Positions 1 to 10,087 of a DNA stretch of 64,000 nt are shown piece after piece. The position numbers were made by a program, and so were the translations under genes. Under the pieces are notes generated by a model. It worked only from the letters and a program-made list of their open reading frames with translations, was not told the origin of the DNA and made no database searches. How positions within the stretch are numbered: position 1 is the stretch's first letter; each line of letters begins with the position of its first letter. This DNA comes from Parcubacteria group bacterium Gr01-1014_13 (GTDB taxonomy: Bacteria > Patescibacteriota > Patescibacteriia > Magasanikbacterales > GWA2-37-8): positions 80,424 through 144,423 of the forward strand of contig VMGB01000001.1 of assembly GCA_007376295.1 (NCBI GenBank), written 5' to 3'.

Positions 1-1536
1 CAACTTAGAAATAAAGTAGGTGCGTTAGAAGCCCAGCTTAATGCCGATTCTGAAAAAGGCGCTCCTAGAGATCCGCTTCGGGAAACTGCTTTGCGTGATA
101 TTGAACAGTTGCGTGATGATCTTACCCAAGGTACAGAGCATTTTTTTCAATTTTCTTTTTATGTCACACTTTACGCTAAAACCAAAGAAGAGTTAGATCA
201 AACATCAGAGGATGTAGAAAATATATTTGGCTCCAAACTCATCAACAGCCGTAAAGTTTTGTATCAATCTGAACAAGGCTTTAATTCCACTTTGCCTTTG
301 GCCAATGACGAGCTAATGATAGCTTTCAATCTTAATTCGTCTCCGATTGCCGCATCGTTTCCCTTTATTTCCGCTGAACTCACATCGGATGATGGCATTT
401 TGTATGGTGTTAATCGCCACAACAACAGCTTGATTCTTTTTGATCGATTTTCTTTACAGAACGCCAACATGGCAGTGTTTGCTACCTCCGGTGCTGGTAA
501 GAGTTATGCAATCAAATTAGAGATTTTACGCACCATGATGATGGGCGTAGATGTGATTGTTATTGACCCAGAAATGGAATATAAACATTTGGCTGATGCT
601 GTGGGCGGAACGTATATAAATATCTCGCTTTCTTCTGAAAGCAAGGTGAATCCATTTGATTTGCCACGCCCTACCGGCGGCGAGGAGTTTTCTACCGAGG
701 ATATTATTCGTGGCGCGGTGATAACCGTAAAAGGATTGCTGCGAATCATGTTGGGTACTATGACCACTGAACAGGACTCGATCATAGACAGAGCTTTAAT
801 AGAAACTTATGCTAAAAAAGATATTACACCAGAAGCTGATCTAAATGTAGTACAACCGCCTATAATTCAGGACTTGCAAGAAATTTTGGAAGGCATGGAA
901 GGTTCTGGGGATTTAGTTTTGAGATTGCAGAAATATACCAATGGTACATTTAGCGGTTTGTTCAATTCACCAACCAATGTAGACATGAAAAATCAGTTAG
1001 TAGTGTTTAGTGTCCGCGATTTGGAAGATGAGCTGCGTCCAATGGCTATTTATGCCATTATCAACTATATTTGGAATGTGGTGCGATCCGAACGCAAAAG
1101 ACGTATTCTGGTAATCGATGAAGCTTGGTGGCTGATGCAACACGAAGACAGTGCCAGATTTATCTTTGCTTTAGTAAAACGTGCTCGTAAATATTATTTA
1201 GGAGTTACCACCATTACCCAAGACGTAAATGACTTCTTGCATTCACAATATGGCCAAGCTATTGTGACCAACTCGGCTTTGCAATTATTGCTTCGACAAT
1301 CTCCAGCAGCGATAGATTTGGTGCAAAAGGTCTTTATTTTAACAGAAGGTGAAAAATACTTGTTGCTTGGCAGTGGGGTAGGAGAAGGTATTTTCTTTGC
1401 GGGAAATAAGCACGCGGCTATAAAAGTGGTTGCTTCCTATACCGAGGATCAATTGGTAACCACTAATCCAGAACAACTTTTGGAAATCGAAAGGTCAAAA
1501 AAAGATTTTGAGAAACAGACTAGTGGACCTGCTTAA
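1..1536 (+). CDS. VirB4/TrbE-like type IV secretion/conjugation-family ATPase (5' end outside window)
   Basis: Frame is open from base 1, so the TTG at 91 is not the real start. Walker A 'ATSGAGKSYAIK' and Walker B 'ILVIDEAWWL' are present. The overall C-terminal half has VirB4/TraC-like architecture. Confidence 0.7.
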   Translation, partial: QLRNKVGALEAQLNADSEKGAPRDPLRETALRDIEQLRDDLTQGTEHFFQFSFYVTLYAKTKEELDQTSEDVENIFGSKLINSRKVLYQSEQGFNSTLPLANDELMIAFNLNSSPIAASFPFISAELTSDDGILYGVNRHNNSLILFDRFSLQNANMAVFATSGAGKSYAIKLEILRTMMMGVDVIVIDPEMEYKHLADAVGGTYINISLSSESKVNPFDLPRPTGGEEFSTEDIIRGAVITVKGLLRIMLGTMTTEQDSIIDRALIETYAKKDITPEADLNVVQPPIIQDLQEILEGMEGSGDLVLRLQKYTNGTFSGLFNSPTNVDMKNQLVVFSVRDLEDELRPMAIYAIINYIWNVVRSERKRRILVIDEAWWLMQHEDSARFIFALVKRARKYYLGVTTITQDVNDFLHSQYGQAIVTNSALQLLLRQSPAAIDLVQKVFILTEGEKYLLLGSGVGEGIFFAGNKHAAIKVVASYTEDQLVTTNPEQLLEIERSKKDFEKQTSGPA

Positions 1537-1551
1537 TTTTAAAATTTAAAA

Positions 1552-2148
1552 TTGAAATTTAATTTTATGTCCCTGCGCGCTCGCATTTTTATCATCATAA
1601 GTATAGTGGTATTTCTAATTTTAGGAATAAGCATATTTTTGATTGTTAGAAACAAAAATAAAAATGCCCAACCCCAGACTGGCGAGCCAAATACCACAGT
1701 CAACAGTAATGGCCAGCCTAATGACGGAACAACAGTTGGCGCTCAGGCTCCGGCCGGTCTCCCAGCCAAGACAGCCACTCCTTTGGAGGCTGAAAAAAAT
1801 AGCGTATCTCAACTGGCCAAGTTTTTTCTGGAACGTTACGGCACCTATTCATCGGACAATGATTTTCAGAATATAAAAGAAGTTGAAGTTTTTGTTACCG
1901 CAGCTCTATGGTCAAAGATTAGCGCGCCAATGAATTCTAAAACGACAACAAATGGCTTTGTGGGCATGACTACAAAAGTGATTAGCATGGAATTAACGGA
2001 TTGGTCTGATACCGCGGCCACAGTAGAGTTAAAAACAACCAGAACCGAAGAAAAAAATGGCGTAGTTTCTACGCGCTACCAAAATGCTACCGTGGAAATG
2101 GTAAAAGAAAATGGCGTTTGGTTGGCAGACAAATTGGTATGGAATTAG
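1552..2148 (+). CDS. hypothetical membrane-anchored protein (N-terminal TM helix, low-complexity linker, globular C-domain)
   Basis: Hydrophobic N-terminus 'IFIIISIVVFLILGISIFLIV', then a Pro/Thr/Gly-rich linker. It is coupled downstream of the ATPase gene. Confidence 0.4.
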   Translation: MKFNFMSLRARIFIIISIVVFLILGISIFLIVRNKNKNAQPQTGEPNTTVNSNGQPNDGTTVGAQAPAGLPAKTATPLEAEKNSVSQLAKFFLERYGTYSSDNDFQNIKEVEVFVTAALWSKISAPMNSKTTTNGFVGMTTKVISMELTDWSDTAATVELKTTRTEEKNGVVSTRYQNATVEMVKENGVWLADKLVWN

Positions 2149-2149
2149 T

Positions 2150-2776
2150 ATGATTCATCGGTTGATAAATAAAGTAAAAGATTTATTATTTCCAAAATTT
2201 TGCGTAAATTGTGAAAAAGAAGGAGTCTGGTTGTGTGAGGCGTGTCTTTCCTTAGAAAATTTAGCTCAAGAAGATAGAGCCGTGGCCAATTTAGATGGCA
2301 TAACGGCTTTATTTAATTACGGAGATAATACAATATCAAAATTAATTCAGATGTTTAAATATAATTATTTATTGGAGATTGCCGATATTTTTGAAAAAAT
2401 TATTACTGAAACTAAATTTAATAATACCTGGACTGATTTTGTCATTATTCCCGTACCGCTTCACGCCCGACGAGAGCGTGAAAGGGGATTGAACCAAGCC
2501 GAAGTTTTAGCCATGATGTTCGCCAAAAAATTTGGTTTAAGTATAAATAAAAATTTAAACCGCGTAGTTTATACCGTTCAGCAGGCAAAGTTATCTGGAG
2601 AAGAGAGGCGACAAAATTTAAAAGACGCCTTTGTTTTTAAAGGCGGTGCAGTACCAGAAAAAGTTTTATTAGTAGACGATGTATATACGACTGGCGCCAC
2701 TATGCAGGAATGTGCCAGAGTTTTAAAAAATAACGGGGTGAAAGTTGTTTGGGGTTTGGTGTTAGCAAAGGGTTAG
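2150..2776 (+). CDS. comF: ComF family protein (Zn-ribbon + phosphoribosyltransferase domain, ComFC-like)
   Basis: N-terminal Cys pairs 'CVNCEKEGVWLCEACL'. PRTase motif 'VLLVDDVYTTGATM'. First ATG at 2150; the ORF-track start at 2111 is an in-frame extension. Confidence 0.7.
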   Translation: MIHRLINKVKDLLFPKFCVNCEKEGVWLCEACLSLENLAQEDRAVANLDGITALFNYGDNTISKLIQMFKYNYLLEIADIFEKIITETKFNNTWTDFVIIPVPLHARRERERGLNQAEVLAMMFAKKFGLSINKNLNRVVYTVQQAKLSGEERRQNLKDAFVFKGGAVPEKVLLVDDVYTTGATMQECARVLKNNGVKVVWGLVLAKG

Positions 2777-3105
2777 ATAGCCAACATAGCCCGTACATCC
2801 GGGTTCATTCTGTCTGCAGTCCAGGCCGGTTCCCAAACGAGGTTTATGGATACTTTTTCTACATCAGGAATTTCTTCGGCAACTTCTTCTACCTGAGCGA
2901 TTATGCTAGGCCCGACTGGGCAGCCCATGCTAGTAAACGTCATAGTAATTTCGACGCAGCCGTCTTTAATATCTACATCATAAATTAATCCTAAATCCAC
3001 AATACCAACCCCTAATTCCGGGTCAATTACATTGTTAAGCAGCGCCCAATATGGTTGGGTGCGTTGTTCGGGAGGAACAGGAAATTGTTTAGCTTTTTTT
3101 GTCAT
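2773..3105 (-). CDS. DUF59/SufT-like Fe-S cluster assembly protein
   Basis: 'DPELGVGIVDLGLIYDV' is the DUF59 (MIP18/SufT) signature. It is the last gene of the suf operon. Confidence 0.6.
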   Translation of the reverse strand: MTKKAKQFPVPPEQRTQPYWALLNNVIDPELGVGIVDLGLIYDVDIKDGCVEITMTFTSMGCPVGPSIIAQVEEVAEEIPDVEKVSINLVWEPAWTADRMNPDVRAMLAI

Positions 3106-3463
3106 ACAAATTTAATGCTTTTTTTAAGGTAGATAATCCAAGTAATGCGCATTTTACCCGTCCTGGGCTGATAGGCACATGCAAAAGATCATATACTTTG
3201 GCCGCTTTTAATTTTTTTAGGCTAGAAATTTTTTTACCACCAATTTCGTCAGCCAGCAAAGACATAGCTGCTTGGCTAATAGCACAACCAGTGCCCACAA
3301 ATCCAAGATCTTCCACAACTCCATTTTTGATTGTTAGTTCAAGTGAAATTTTATCACCACAAAGAGGATTATCTTCGGTAACTTTTATTGTGGGATTGGA
3401 AATACTTCCGGCATGATGCGGATGTTGGTAATGGTCCAGAATTGTTTCGGAATAAATATCCAT
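3089..3463 (-). CDS. sufU: SufU/IscU-type Fe-S cluster scaffold protein
   Basis: 'NPLCGDKISLEL' and 'GTGCAISQA' are conserved scaffold Cys motifs. It sits immediately downstream of sufS. Confidence 0.75.
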   Translation of the reverse strand: MDIYSETILDHYQHPHHAGSISNPTIKVTEDNPLCGDKISLELTIKNGVVEDLGFVGTGCAISQAAMSLLADEIGGKKISSLKKLKAAKVYDLLHVPISPGRVKCALLGLSTLKKALNLYDKKS

Positions 3464-4684
3464 TTATTTAATTTTAAAAATTTTTAAGACTTTTTGCAGT
3501 GCTTTTTCAGCCATATCTATGTCTTTGGTTGTGTTGTATAAATAAAAACTCATTCGGGCAGTAGAGTTTACTCCTAAGCGGCCAACCAGTGGTTCGGCGC
3601 AGTGCAGACCTGAACGAATAGTCACACCTTCTTGGTTGAAAATTGTGGCAATATCATGCGGATGCACACCGGTAACGGTAAAAGAAAGAACGCCGCCGCA
3701 ATCAGTAATGTGAGAAGGGGAGAATAGTTTTACTGCAGGGTAGCGAGAAAATCTTTTTTTGGCATAGGCCAAAAGTTTTCGGTCGTGGGCGGCAATAGCA
3801 GCCAGACCGATATTTTCTAAATAGTCGATGGCAGCGCCAAAGGCAATTACATCGGCAATATTGGGTGTGCCAGCTTCGAATTTCCAGGGGCCAGTGCGAT
3901 AGGTGGCTGTTTGTTGTTGTACGCTCTCCACCATATCGCCTCCATACATATATGGAGTCATTTCAGCCATTATATTTTGTTTGACATATAAAACACCAAC
4001 TCCGGTTGGGCCTAGCATTTTATGGGCGGAGAAAGCAAAGAAATCACAATCAATATCGCGTACATTTATTTTGGCATGTCCGACCATCTGCGCGCCATCC
4101 ACTAGTACTTTAGCGCCAACAGCATGGGCCATGGCCGTTATTTTTTTAACCGGTACAATTGTTCCGGTAACATTTGACTGAGCGGTAACACATACCAGTT
4201 TTGTTTTTTCTGATAATAGTTTTTCATAGGCTTCTAGATCTAATAAATAATCAGAAGTTATCGGGATAATTTTTAAAATAGCACCTTTTTCTTTGGCTAG
4301 TTCTTGCCAGGGGACCAGATTGGCGTGGTGTTCTAGAGCGCTGACAATTATTTCATCACCTTTGGTAATATGTGTTTTTGCCCAAGAAAAAGAAACGCAG
4401 TTTATAGCTTCTGTGCAATTTTTGGTAAAAATTACCTCTTCTTCATTTTTTGCACCAATAAATTTGGCTACTTTTTTTCTTACATCCTCGTATTGAGCGG
4501 TAGCTTCTTCGGAAAGAGTGTGGATGCCGCGGTGGATATTGGCGTTGCTGGTTGTGTAATATTTTTGTAATGCCAAAAGTACAGCTGTAGGCTTTTGGCT
4601 GGTGGAAGCGCTGTCTAAATAAACCAACGGTTTGCCATTGATTTTACGTTTTAATATGGGAAATTGTTTTTGGATATTTTTCAT
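3464..4684 (-). CDS. sufS: cysteine desulfurase SufS (PLP-dependent)
   Basis: 'NIHRGIHTLSEEAT' and PLP-Lys motif 'SAHKMLGPTGVGVLY'. Class V aminotransferase fold length. Confidence 0.85.
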   Translation of the reverse strand: MKNIQKQFPILKRKINGKPLVYLDSASTSQKPTAVLLALQKYYTTSNANIHRGIHTLSEEATAQYEDVRKKVAKFIGAKNEEEVIFTKNCTEAINCVSFSWAKTHITKGDEIIVSALEHHANLVPWQELAKEKGAILKIIPITSDYLLDLEAYEKLLSEKTKLVCVTAQSNVTGTIVPVKKITAMAHAVGAKVLVDGAQMVGHAKINVRDIDCDFFAFSAHKMLGPTGVGVLYVKQNIMAEMTPYMYGGDMVESVQQQTATYRTGPWKFEAGTPNIADVIAFGAAIDYLENIGLAAIAAHDRKLLAYAKKRFSRYPAVKLFSPSHITDCGGVLSFTVTGVHPHDIATIFNQEGVTIRSGLHCAEPLVGRLGVNSTARMSFYLYNTTKDIDMAEKALQKVLKIFKIK

Positions 4685-4688
4685 GTAC

Positions 4689-5309
4689 TTAGCTTTTTGT
4701 TTGTGATAGAAATGTAGTAACAGCTTCGCGAATTTTATTTTTTATCTCTTCATCATCAATCGCTCCCAATTCAGTTTCAAAAAATCCCTGTACTAACAAA
4801 GCGCGAGCCTGCTGCTCAGAAAGACCTCGGGAGAGTAGGTAAAATAGCGCGTCTGCGTCTACTTTACCCACACTAGCTGCGTGGCCAGCTTTGACATCGT
4901 CAGTTTTAATTTCTAAAAATGGTGCAGTTTTGGCCGAGGCGTTCGCAGATAAAAGTAAGGTGTGGTGAGCAAAATATGTATCTGCTCCATGACCTTCTTT
5001 TTCAATACTCCAAGCGCCTTCAATGCTGCAAGTTGATTTATCAGTCAAAGCGCTACGAATACGAGCTTTGATTTGAGTTTTTGGGGCTGCGTGGATAGCC
5101 TGTATTTTGGCATCAAAGGAAGAGTTGTCTGTTCCGAGAATAAAAAATATACACATACAGCTGGCTCCACGCCCTTGAGCGTTGATAGTTAAATGTCGTA
5201 CACCAGGCCAGCCTGTGGTTATTAGGCCGACAATAACAATCTCCTCATCACTTTTTAAGGTAATTGTTTTGTCTGGAATAGTATCAATAAACAAAATCTT
5301 ATTTGGCAT
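4689..5309 (-). CDS. sufD: SufD-like Fe-S assembly protein (short form)
   Basis: C-terminal motif 'DALFYLLSRGLSEQQARALLVQGF' is shared with the SufB C-terminus. It lies between sufB and sufS. Confidence 0.6.
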   Translation of the reverse strand: MPNKILFIDTIPDKTITLKSDEEIVIVGLITTGWPGVRHLTINAQGRGASCMCIFFILGTDNSSFDAKIQAIHAAPKTQIKARIRSALTDKSTCSIEGAWSIEKEGHGADTYFAHHTLLLSANASAKTAPFLEIKTDDVKAGHAASVGKVDADALFYLLSRGLSEQQARALLVQGFFETELGAIDDEEIKNKIREAVTTFLSQTKS

Positions 5310-5313
5310 AAAT

Positions 5314-6732
5314 TTATCCTACTGATCCCGTCATCTCTAAAGCAAGTAGGCGATTGAGTTCCACCGCATATTCCATCGGCAATTTTCGGATAATTGGGTT
5401 GGCAAAACCATTTACAATTAAGGTGGCGGCTTGTTCTTCGCTAAGTCCGCGGCTCATTAAGTAGAAAAGTTCATCTTCACCAATACTGGCTACAGTCGCT
5501 TCATGGGCAATAGCGACATCTTCTTCCTTTATATCCATAGTTGGATAGGTATCGGAGCGAGAAGCTGGATCAAGCATTAGGGCATCACAAACTACACGCG
5601 TCTTTACGTTTTTTGCGCCTTTTATTACCTTTACTAATCCGCGATAGGTGGAGCGTCCACCATTTTTACTGATTGATTTGGAGATAATAGTAGAGCTGGT
5701 ATCTGGAGCTAGGTGCATTACTTTTCCGCCCGCATCTTGGTGCTGGCCTTTAGAAGCAAAAGCCAGGGATTGAATTTCTCCTTTGGCACCGCGTTCACGC
5801 AGAATAATGCTAGGATATTTCATGGTAACCTTTGATCCCAAATTGCAGTCTAGCCAAAACATTTCAGCGTTTTCGTAGGCCATAGCTCGTTTGGTCACGA
5901 GATTGTAAACATTCCCAGACCAGTTTTGAATAGTAGTGTATTGAACACGCGCGCCTTTTTTGACAATAATTTCTACTACAGCTGAGTGCAGAGAATCGCT
6001 GGAATAGGTAGGGGCGGTACAACCTTCTACATAGTGCACAGAGCTGCCTTCATCGGCAATAATTAGGGTGCGTTCAAATTGACCCATGTTTTCTATATTT
6101 ATACGGAAATATGCTTGGAGCGGTAACTCTATGTGCACACCTTTGGGCACATAAATAAACGATCCGCCAGACCAAACTGCAGAGTTTAAGGCGGAGAATT
6201 TGTTATCTCCAGGCGGCACAACAGTGCCAAAATGTTTTTTAAAAAGTTCGGGATGGTTTTTTAGAGCGTCGTCAGTGGATTCAAAAATAACACCTTGTTT
6301 GGCCAGATTTTCGGCTAGTGAATGATAAACCATTTCGGATTCAAATTGAGCGCCCGTTCCAGCCAAAAACTTTTTTTCCGCTTCGGGAATTCCTAATTTA
6401 TCAAAAGTGTCTTTAATTTCTTTGGGCACATCATCCCAGTTTCGTTTAGATTTATCTTGAGGGCGAACGTAGTAATGAATATTTTCAAAATCAATACCAG
6501 TAAGATCGGCTCCCCATTTTGGCATTTCTTTTCCTAAAAATACTTCGTAGGCATGCAAACGAAAATCAAGCATCCATTGCGGTTCGCCTTTTTGACGGGA
6601 AATTTCACGGATAATATCAGCATTCAATCCCTTTTTGGAAGCAAAAAAACTTTTAGTTTTGGTACGAAAACTAAAAGCGGAATTATCGCCGGTTTGAGTC
6701 AGCATCTTTTTTGTTTTGAGTGGAACCGGCAT
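5314..6732 (-). CDS. sufB: Fe-S cluster assembly protein SufB
   Basis: 472 aa with the conserved SufB C-terminal region '...[24 protein letters not shown]'. Confidence 0.85.
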   Translation of the reverse strand: MPVPLKTKKMLTQTGDNSAFSFRTKTKSFFASKKGLNADIIREISRQKGEPQWMLDFRLHAYEVFLGKEMPKWGADLTGIDFENIHYYVRPQDKSKRNWDDVPKEIKDTFDKLGIPEAEKKFLAGTGAQFESEMVYHSLAENLAKQGVIFESTDDALKNHPELFKKHFGTVVPPGDNKFSALNSAVWSGGSFIYVPKGVHIELPLQAYFRINIENMGQFERTLIIADEGSSVHYVEGCTAPTYSSDSLHSAVVEIIVKKGARVQYTTIQNWSGNVYNLVTKRAMAYENAEMFWLDCNLGSKVTMKYPSIILRERGAKGEIQSLAFASKGQHQDAGGKVMHLAPDTSSTIISKSISKNGGRSTYRGLVKVIKGAKNVKTRVVCDALMLDPASRSDTYPTMDIKEEDVAIAHEATVASIGEDELFYLMSRGLSEEQAATLIVNGFANPIIRKLPMEYAVELNRLLALEMTGSVG

Positions 6733-6735
6733 AAA

Positions 6736-7497
6736 TTACTTTTTGATAAAAGAATCAAAACCGTCCTTCTCTATTTTCTTTACAATCTCTTTACCGCCTT
6801 GGGCAACAATTTTACCTTTGGACATGATATGAATTTTGTCTGGTTTGATAAAATCTAAAATTCTGGGATTGTGGCTGACAATTATTAATCCCATGCCTTG
6901 TTTTTTTTGCACAGCGCCAAGTTGTTTGGCGACAATTTTTAGAGCATCAATGTCTAAACCAGAATCTATTTCGTCCAAAAAAGCAAACGATGGTTCAAGC
7001 ACAGCCATCTGCAAAACTTCCGACTTTTTCTTTTCCCCGCCGGAAAACCCTTCGTTTATCGATCGGGACATAAAAGCCGGGTCTATCTTTAATTTTTCCA
7101 TCTCAGTACGCAAAATGGCAGCAAAAGGAGCTGGTCCAATTGCCGGGGTTTTGGATTTTTGGGCAGTGGCTATGGTATTTTTGGCTAAGCGTAAGAAGTT
7201 ACCCAAAGCCACGCCAGCTACTACCTGAGGGTGCTGGAAGCCCAAAAATAGGCCGTTTTGGGCCCGTTGGGTAGGGGAAAGCTCAAGTATGCCTTTCTTG
7301 TCTAGTATTACGGATCCAGCAGTTACGGTATATTTTGGGTTGCCCATTAAGACAGAGAGCAGGGTGCTTTTTCCAGAGCCATTTTGACCCATAATAATAT
7401 GGACTTCTCCCTGCGAAATATCCAAAGAAACACCGTTTAAAATCTTGGTGCTGCCAATAGCGGCATGTAAGTTTTTTATCTTTAAAGTTTTAAGCAT
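6736..7497 (-). CDS. sufC: Fe-S cluster assembly ATPase SufC
   Basis: Walker A 'GQNGSGKST', ABC signature 'FSGGEKKK', Walker B 'AFLDEIDSGLD'. Start moved to 'MLKTLKIKNL' by alignment logic with SufC N-termini; the ORF-track start is 7515. Confidence 0.85.
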   Translation of the reverse strand: MLKTLKIKNLHAAIGSTKILNGVSLDISQGEVHIIMGQNGSGKSTLLSVLMGNPKYTVTAGSVILDKKGILELSPTQRAQNGLFLGFQHPQVVAGVALGNFLRLAKNTIATAQKSKTPAIGPAPFAAILRTEMEKLKIDPAFMSRSINEGFSGGEKKKSEVLQMAVLEPSFAFLDEIDSGLDIDALKIVAKQLGAVQKKQGMGLIIVSHNPRILDFIKPDKIHIMSKGKIVAQGGKEIVKKIEKDGFDSFIKK

Positions 7498-7623
7498 AAA
7501 AGTGGTAATTTTCAAGCAATCTTTTCTCTCACTATATACGAAAATAACTCAGACGTCAATGGTATGAGTTAAAACAAAAAAGAACGGACAAGACCGCTCT
7601 TCTTTGTATTTTTACACTAAAAA

Positions 7624-7905
7624 TTACATTTTGTGCTCTGTTCCACAATTGCATCCGCCAGGACCGCAATTGCAACCGCTGCCGCTGCCATCTTTGGAGC
7701 ACATCTTGCATTTGCCCATGCATAGCATCATAAGGGCTGATAAGCCTACCAAAATGTAGACTACTCTCTCTACCATTGGCCAGTTGCCCAATAGAGCATT
7801 TACCAGATTCCAGTTAAAAGCGCCTACTAAACCCCAGTTTAATGCTCCAACGAGCACCAATAGCCAGGACACTTTGTGTCCGTGACACATTTTTTTCATC
7901 ATCAT
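7624..7905 (-). CDS. DUF378-family small membrane protein with Cys-rich (metallothionein-like) C-terminal tail
   Basis: 'LLVLVGALNWGLVGAFNWNLVNALLG' is the DUF378 core. The tail 'CMGKCKMCSKDGSGSGCNCGPGGCNCGTEHKM' has 8 Cys in 30 residues. Confidence 0.55.
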   Translation of the reverse strand: MMMKKMCHGHKVSWLLVLVGALNWGLVGAFNWNLVNALLGNWPMVERVVYILVGLSALMMLCMGKCKMCSKDGSGSGCNCGPGGCNCGTEHKM

Positions 7906-7960
7906 AAATGATGGTTAAGAATAAAAAGGTATTATACCACGTTTTTGGGTAGATAGGTAC

Positions 7961-8329
7961 TTAAGCCTTTTTTTCGGGGATGAATTTGAGAGAGACAGAA
8001 TTTACACAGTGGCGGGTATTTTTTGGAGTATAGCCCTCGCCAGTAAAGACATGCCCCAGATGAGCGTCACAAGTATTACAAGTAATTTCGGTGCGCGAGC
8101 CATCAGCATCGGGCGTCTTTTTTACAGCGCCGGGAATTTCTTGATCAAAGCTGGGCCAGCCGCAACCAGAATGAAATTTACTCGTAGAAGTATAGAGCGG
8201 AGTATTACAACGGCGGCAAACATAAGTTCCGGGTACAAAAAAATCATCGTATTCACCGGTAAAAGGTCGTTCAGTACCTTTGTGAACAATTACTTTTTCT
8301 TCTTCGGGGGTTAGGGGATTAAGTTGCAT
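7961..8329 (-). CDS. msrB: peptide-methionine (R)-S-oxide reductase MsrB
   Basis: Two CxxC pairs ('CRRCNTPL', '[12 protein letters not shown]') and 'CGWPSF'. Start taken at internal Met (8329), abutting the upstream gene stop. Confidence 0.85.
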   Translation of the reverse strand: MQLNPLTPEEEKVIVHKGTERPFTGEYDDFFVPGTYVCRRCNTPLYTSTSKFHSGCGWPSFDQEIPGAVKKTPDADGSRTEITCNTCDAHLGHVFTGEGYTPKNTRHCVNSVSLKFIPEKKA

Positions 8330-8334
8330 ATAAA

Positions 8335-9234
8335 TTATCTGGCTGTAACCAGTAATCGTAGTTTGTGTTTGAGCGCGCATTTCCAAGAGCAGAATGGTTC
8401 TCCTTTTTTGTTTAGACAATTTTCGCAACAGATAAAATGATCATGGCAGGTAGGGAGCAAACAATTTACAAAATTTTCATTTGCAGTGTGGCATTTACGG
8501 CAGCGGCCAACAATTTCATGTTCTCTTTCTGGGCTGCTAAAGGCCATAGTAACGCGGCCGTCAAATACATATAGCTTACCGGCAAAATCTTCATCCGGAT
8601 ATTTTTCCATATACGAAACAATGCCATTATGTAATTGGTAGACATCATTGAAACCATTTGTGACCAAAAATCCAGACGCTTTTTCACAGCGCACACCGCC
8701 GGTGCAAACGGTAACTACAGTTTTGTTTTTTAGATGTTCAAGTTTAGGTAAAATTTTTGGCAGATCACGGAAGTTTTTTAGCGGCGGTAAAATTGAATTT
8801 TTAAAAAATCCGACCGAGTGTTCGTAGTCATTGCGCATGTCGACAATATAAAATTCTTTGCCGCTATGAATCCAATCATGGAGATTTTCCGGAGATAAAT
8901 ATTTTCCCGTGGTAACGGCCGGATTTACATCCGCGTCCCCCAAATGCGCGCTCACAATTTCTGATCGCGCTTTTACGGATAATTTAGGGAAAGCATCGCC
9001 TGTACCAACGCTACGTTTGAAGTTCATATCGTTAAAACGCGGGTCGCTGGCAGTTTCGTCTATATATTTTTGGGTATTTCCCACTAAGCCCTCTACAGTT
9101 CCGTTTATGCCTTCGGGAGCGATAATAATACGGCCTTTCAAGCCTAATTTTTCACAAAGCAATCTTTGAGTACGACAAAATTCGCTGGGGTCAGCGATGT
9201 GGGTATATTTGTAATATAAAAGTATTTCGTGCAT
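8335..9234 (-). CDS. trhO: tRNA uridine(34) hydroxylase TrhO (rhodanese-domain protein YceA family)
   Basis: '[13 protein letters not shown]' N-motif, rhodanese active-site loop '[14 protein letters not shown]', C-terminal Cys cluster. Start set at '[10 protein letters not shown]' (9234). Confidence 0.8.
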   Translation of the reverse strand: MHEILLYYKYTHIADPSEFCRTQRLLCEKLGLKGRIIIAPEGINGTVEGLVGNTQKYIDETASDPRFNDMNFKRSVGTGDAFPKLSVKARSEIVSAHLGDADVNPAVTTGKYLSPENLHDWIHSGKEFYIVDMRNDYEHSVGFFKNSILPPLKNFRDLPKILPKLEHLKNKTVVTVCTGGVRCEKASGFLVTNGFNDVYQLHNGIVSYMEKYPDEDFAGKLYVFDGRVTMAFSSPEREHEIVGRCRKCHTANENFVNCLLPTCHDHFICCENCLNKKGEPFCSWKCALKHKLRLLVTAR

Positions 9235-9287
9235 ATATTTTTCTTCTGCACAAAGTCTACCACTTAAATCAAAAAATTTCAATACTT

Positions 9288-10076
9288 CTACGCTAACCTC
9301 CCAAACATTACGCCAACAACATAGGCGGCCGCGGCGGCAAAACCTCCAAGCAGGAGCATTTCCATGCCAGCGCGATACCATGGCTGGCGAGTAAAATATA
9401 TTTTTAGAGTACCTAGGATAAATAGGGTAATGCCGGTAAGTGAGCAGGCGAGAACAAATGTGTGGGCGGCAAAAAATGGAATAAATTTGGCAATCACATA
9501 AATTAAAACCGGAATAGCGCCAAAGAAAACAAACGAACCAAAAGTAACCAAGGCATTTTTTAATGGTGATTCAGGATTTTCTACCAATCCTAATTCTTCG
9601 ACCATCATAATATCTACCCACGGTTTTTCTATCTTCGACAAGGCATCAACAGCAATTTTTGCATCTTCCGGGGCGATGCCTTTTTCTATATAAAGTTCTA
9701 TCATCTCTTTTTTTTCTCCTTCGGGATAGTTTTGTACTTCCCAGGTTTCGCGCACTCTTTCGGCGGCAGCATATTCATTTTCTGCTTTGGTACTTAAATA
9801 ATCTCCAAAGGCCATAGAAATGCCGTCGGCGATAAGATTGGCAACACCCAAAATTAAAACTATGCTGGCCGATAAATTAGCGCCAGCCACACCGGCGACC
9901 ACAGCAAAGGTGGTGACAATACCATCCAGCCCGCCATAGACAAAACTTTTTAGGTATTGGCCGTGGCCGGTTTGGTGTTCTTCGGGCGCGCCGCCATTGT
10001 CGTGCGCTCTTCGGCTTGCCTCTGGGTCGTTGCGACGAAAGGCGCTGCGGGCTTTTTCTAAATTACGACTTATCAT
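9288..10076 (-). CDS. VIT1/CCC1-family Fe/Mn transporter
   Basis: 'GGLDGIVTTFAVVAGVAG' signature. Cytoplasmic N-domain followed by 5 TM helices. Confidence 0.7.
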   Translation of the reverse strand: MISRNLEKARSAFRRNDPEASRRAHDNGGAPEEHQTGHGQYLKSFVYGGLDGIVTTFAVVAGVAGANLSASIVLILGVANLIADGISMAFGDYLSTKAENEYAAAERVRETWEVQNYPEGEKKEMIELYIEKGIAPEDAKIAVDALSKIEKPWVDIMMVEELGLVENPESPLKNALVTFGSFVFFGAIPVLIYVIAKFIPFFAAHTFVLACSLTGITLFILGTLKIYFTRQPWYRAGMEMLLLGGFAAAAAYVVGVMFGRLA

Positions 10077-10087
10077 AACGTATAATT

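Noticed and set aside
2749-3416. Plus-strand ORFs 2749-2988 and 3099-3416 overlapping the DUF59 and sufU genes.
   Set aside because: They lie opposite well-supported conserved minus-strand genes of the suf operon and have no homology or signals.
8009-8314. ORF 8009-8314 (+) opposite msrB and similar antisense ORFs opposite sufS, sufB, sufC, ABC-F and typA.
   Set aside because: These are shadow ORFs of conserved genes on the other strand.
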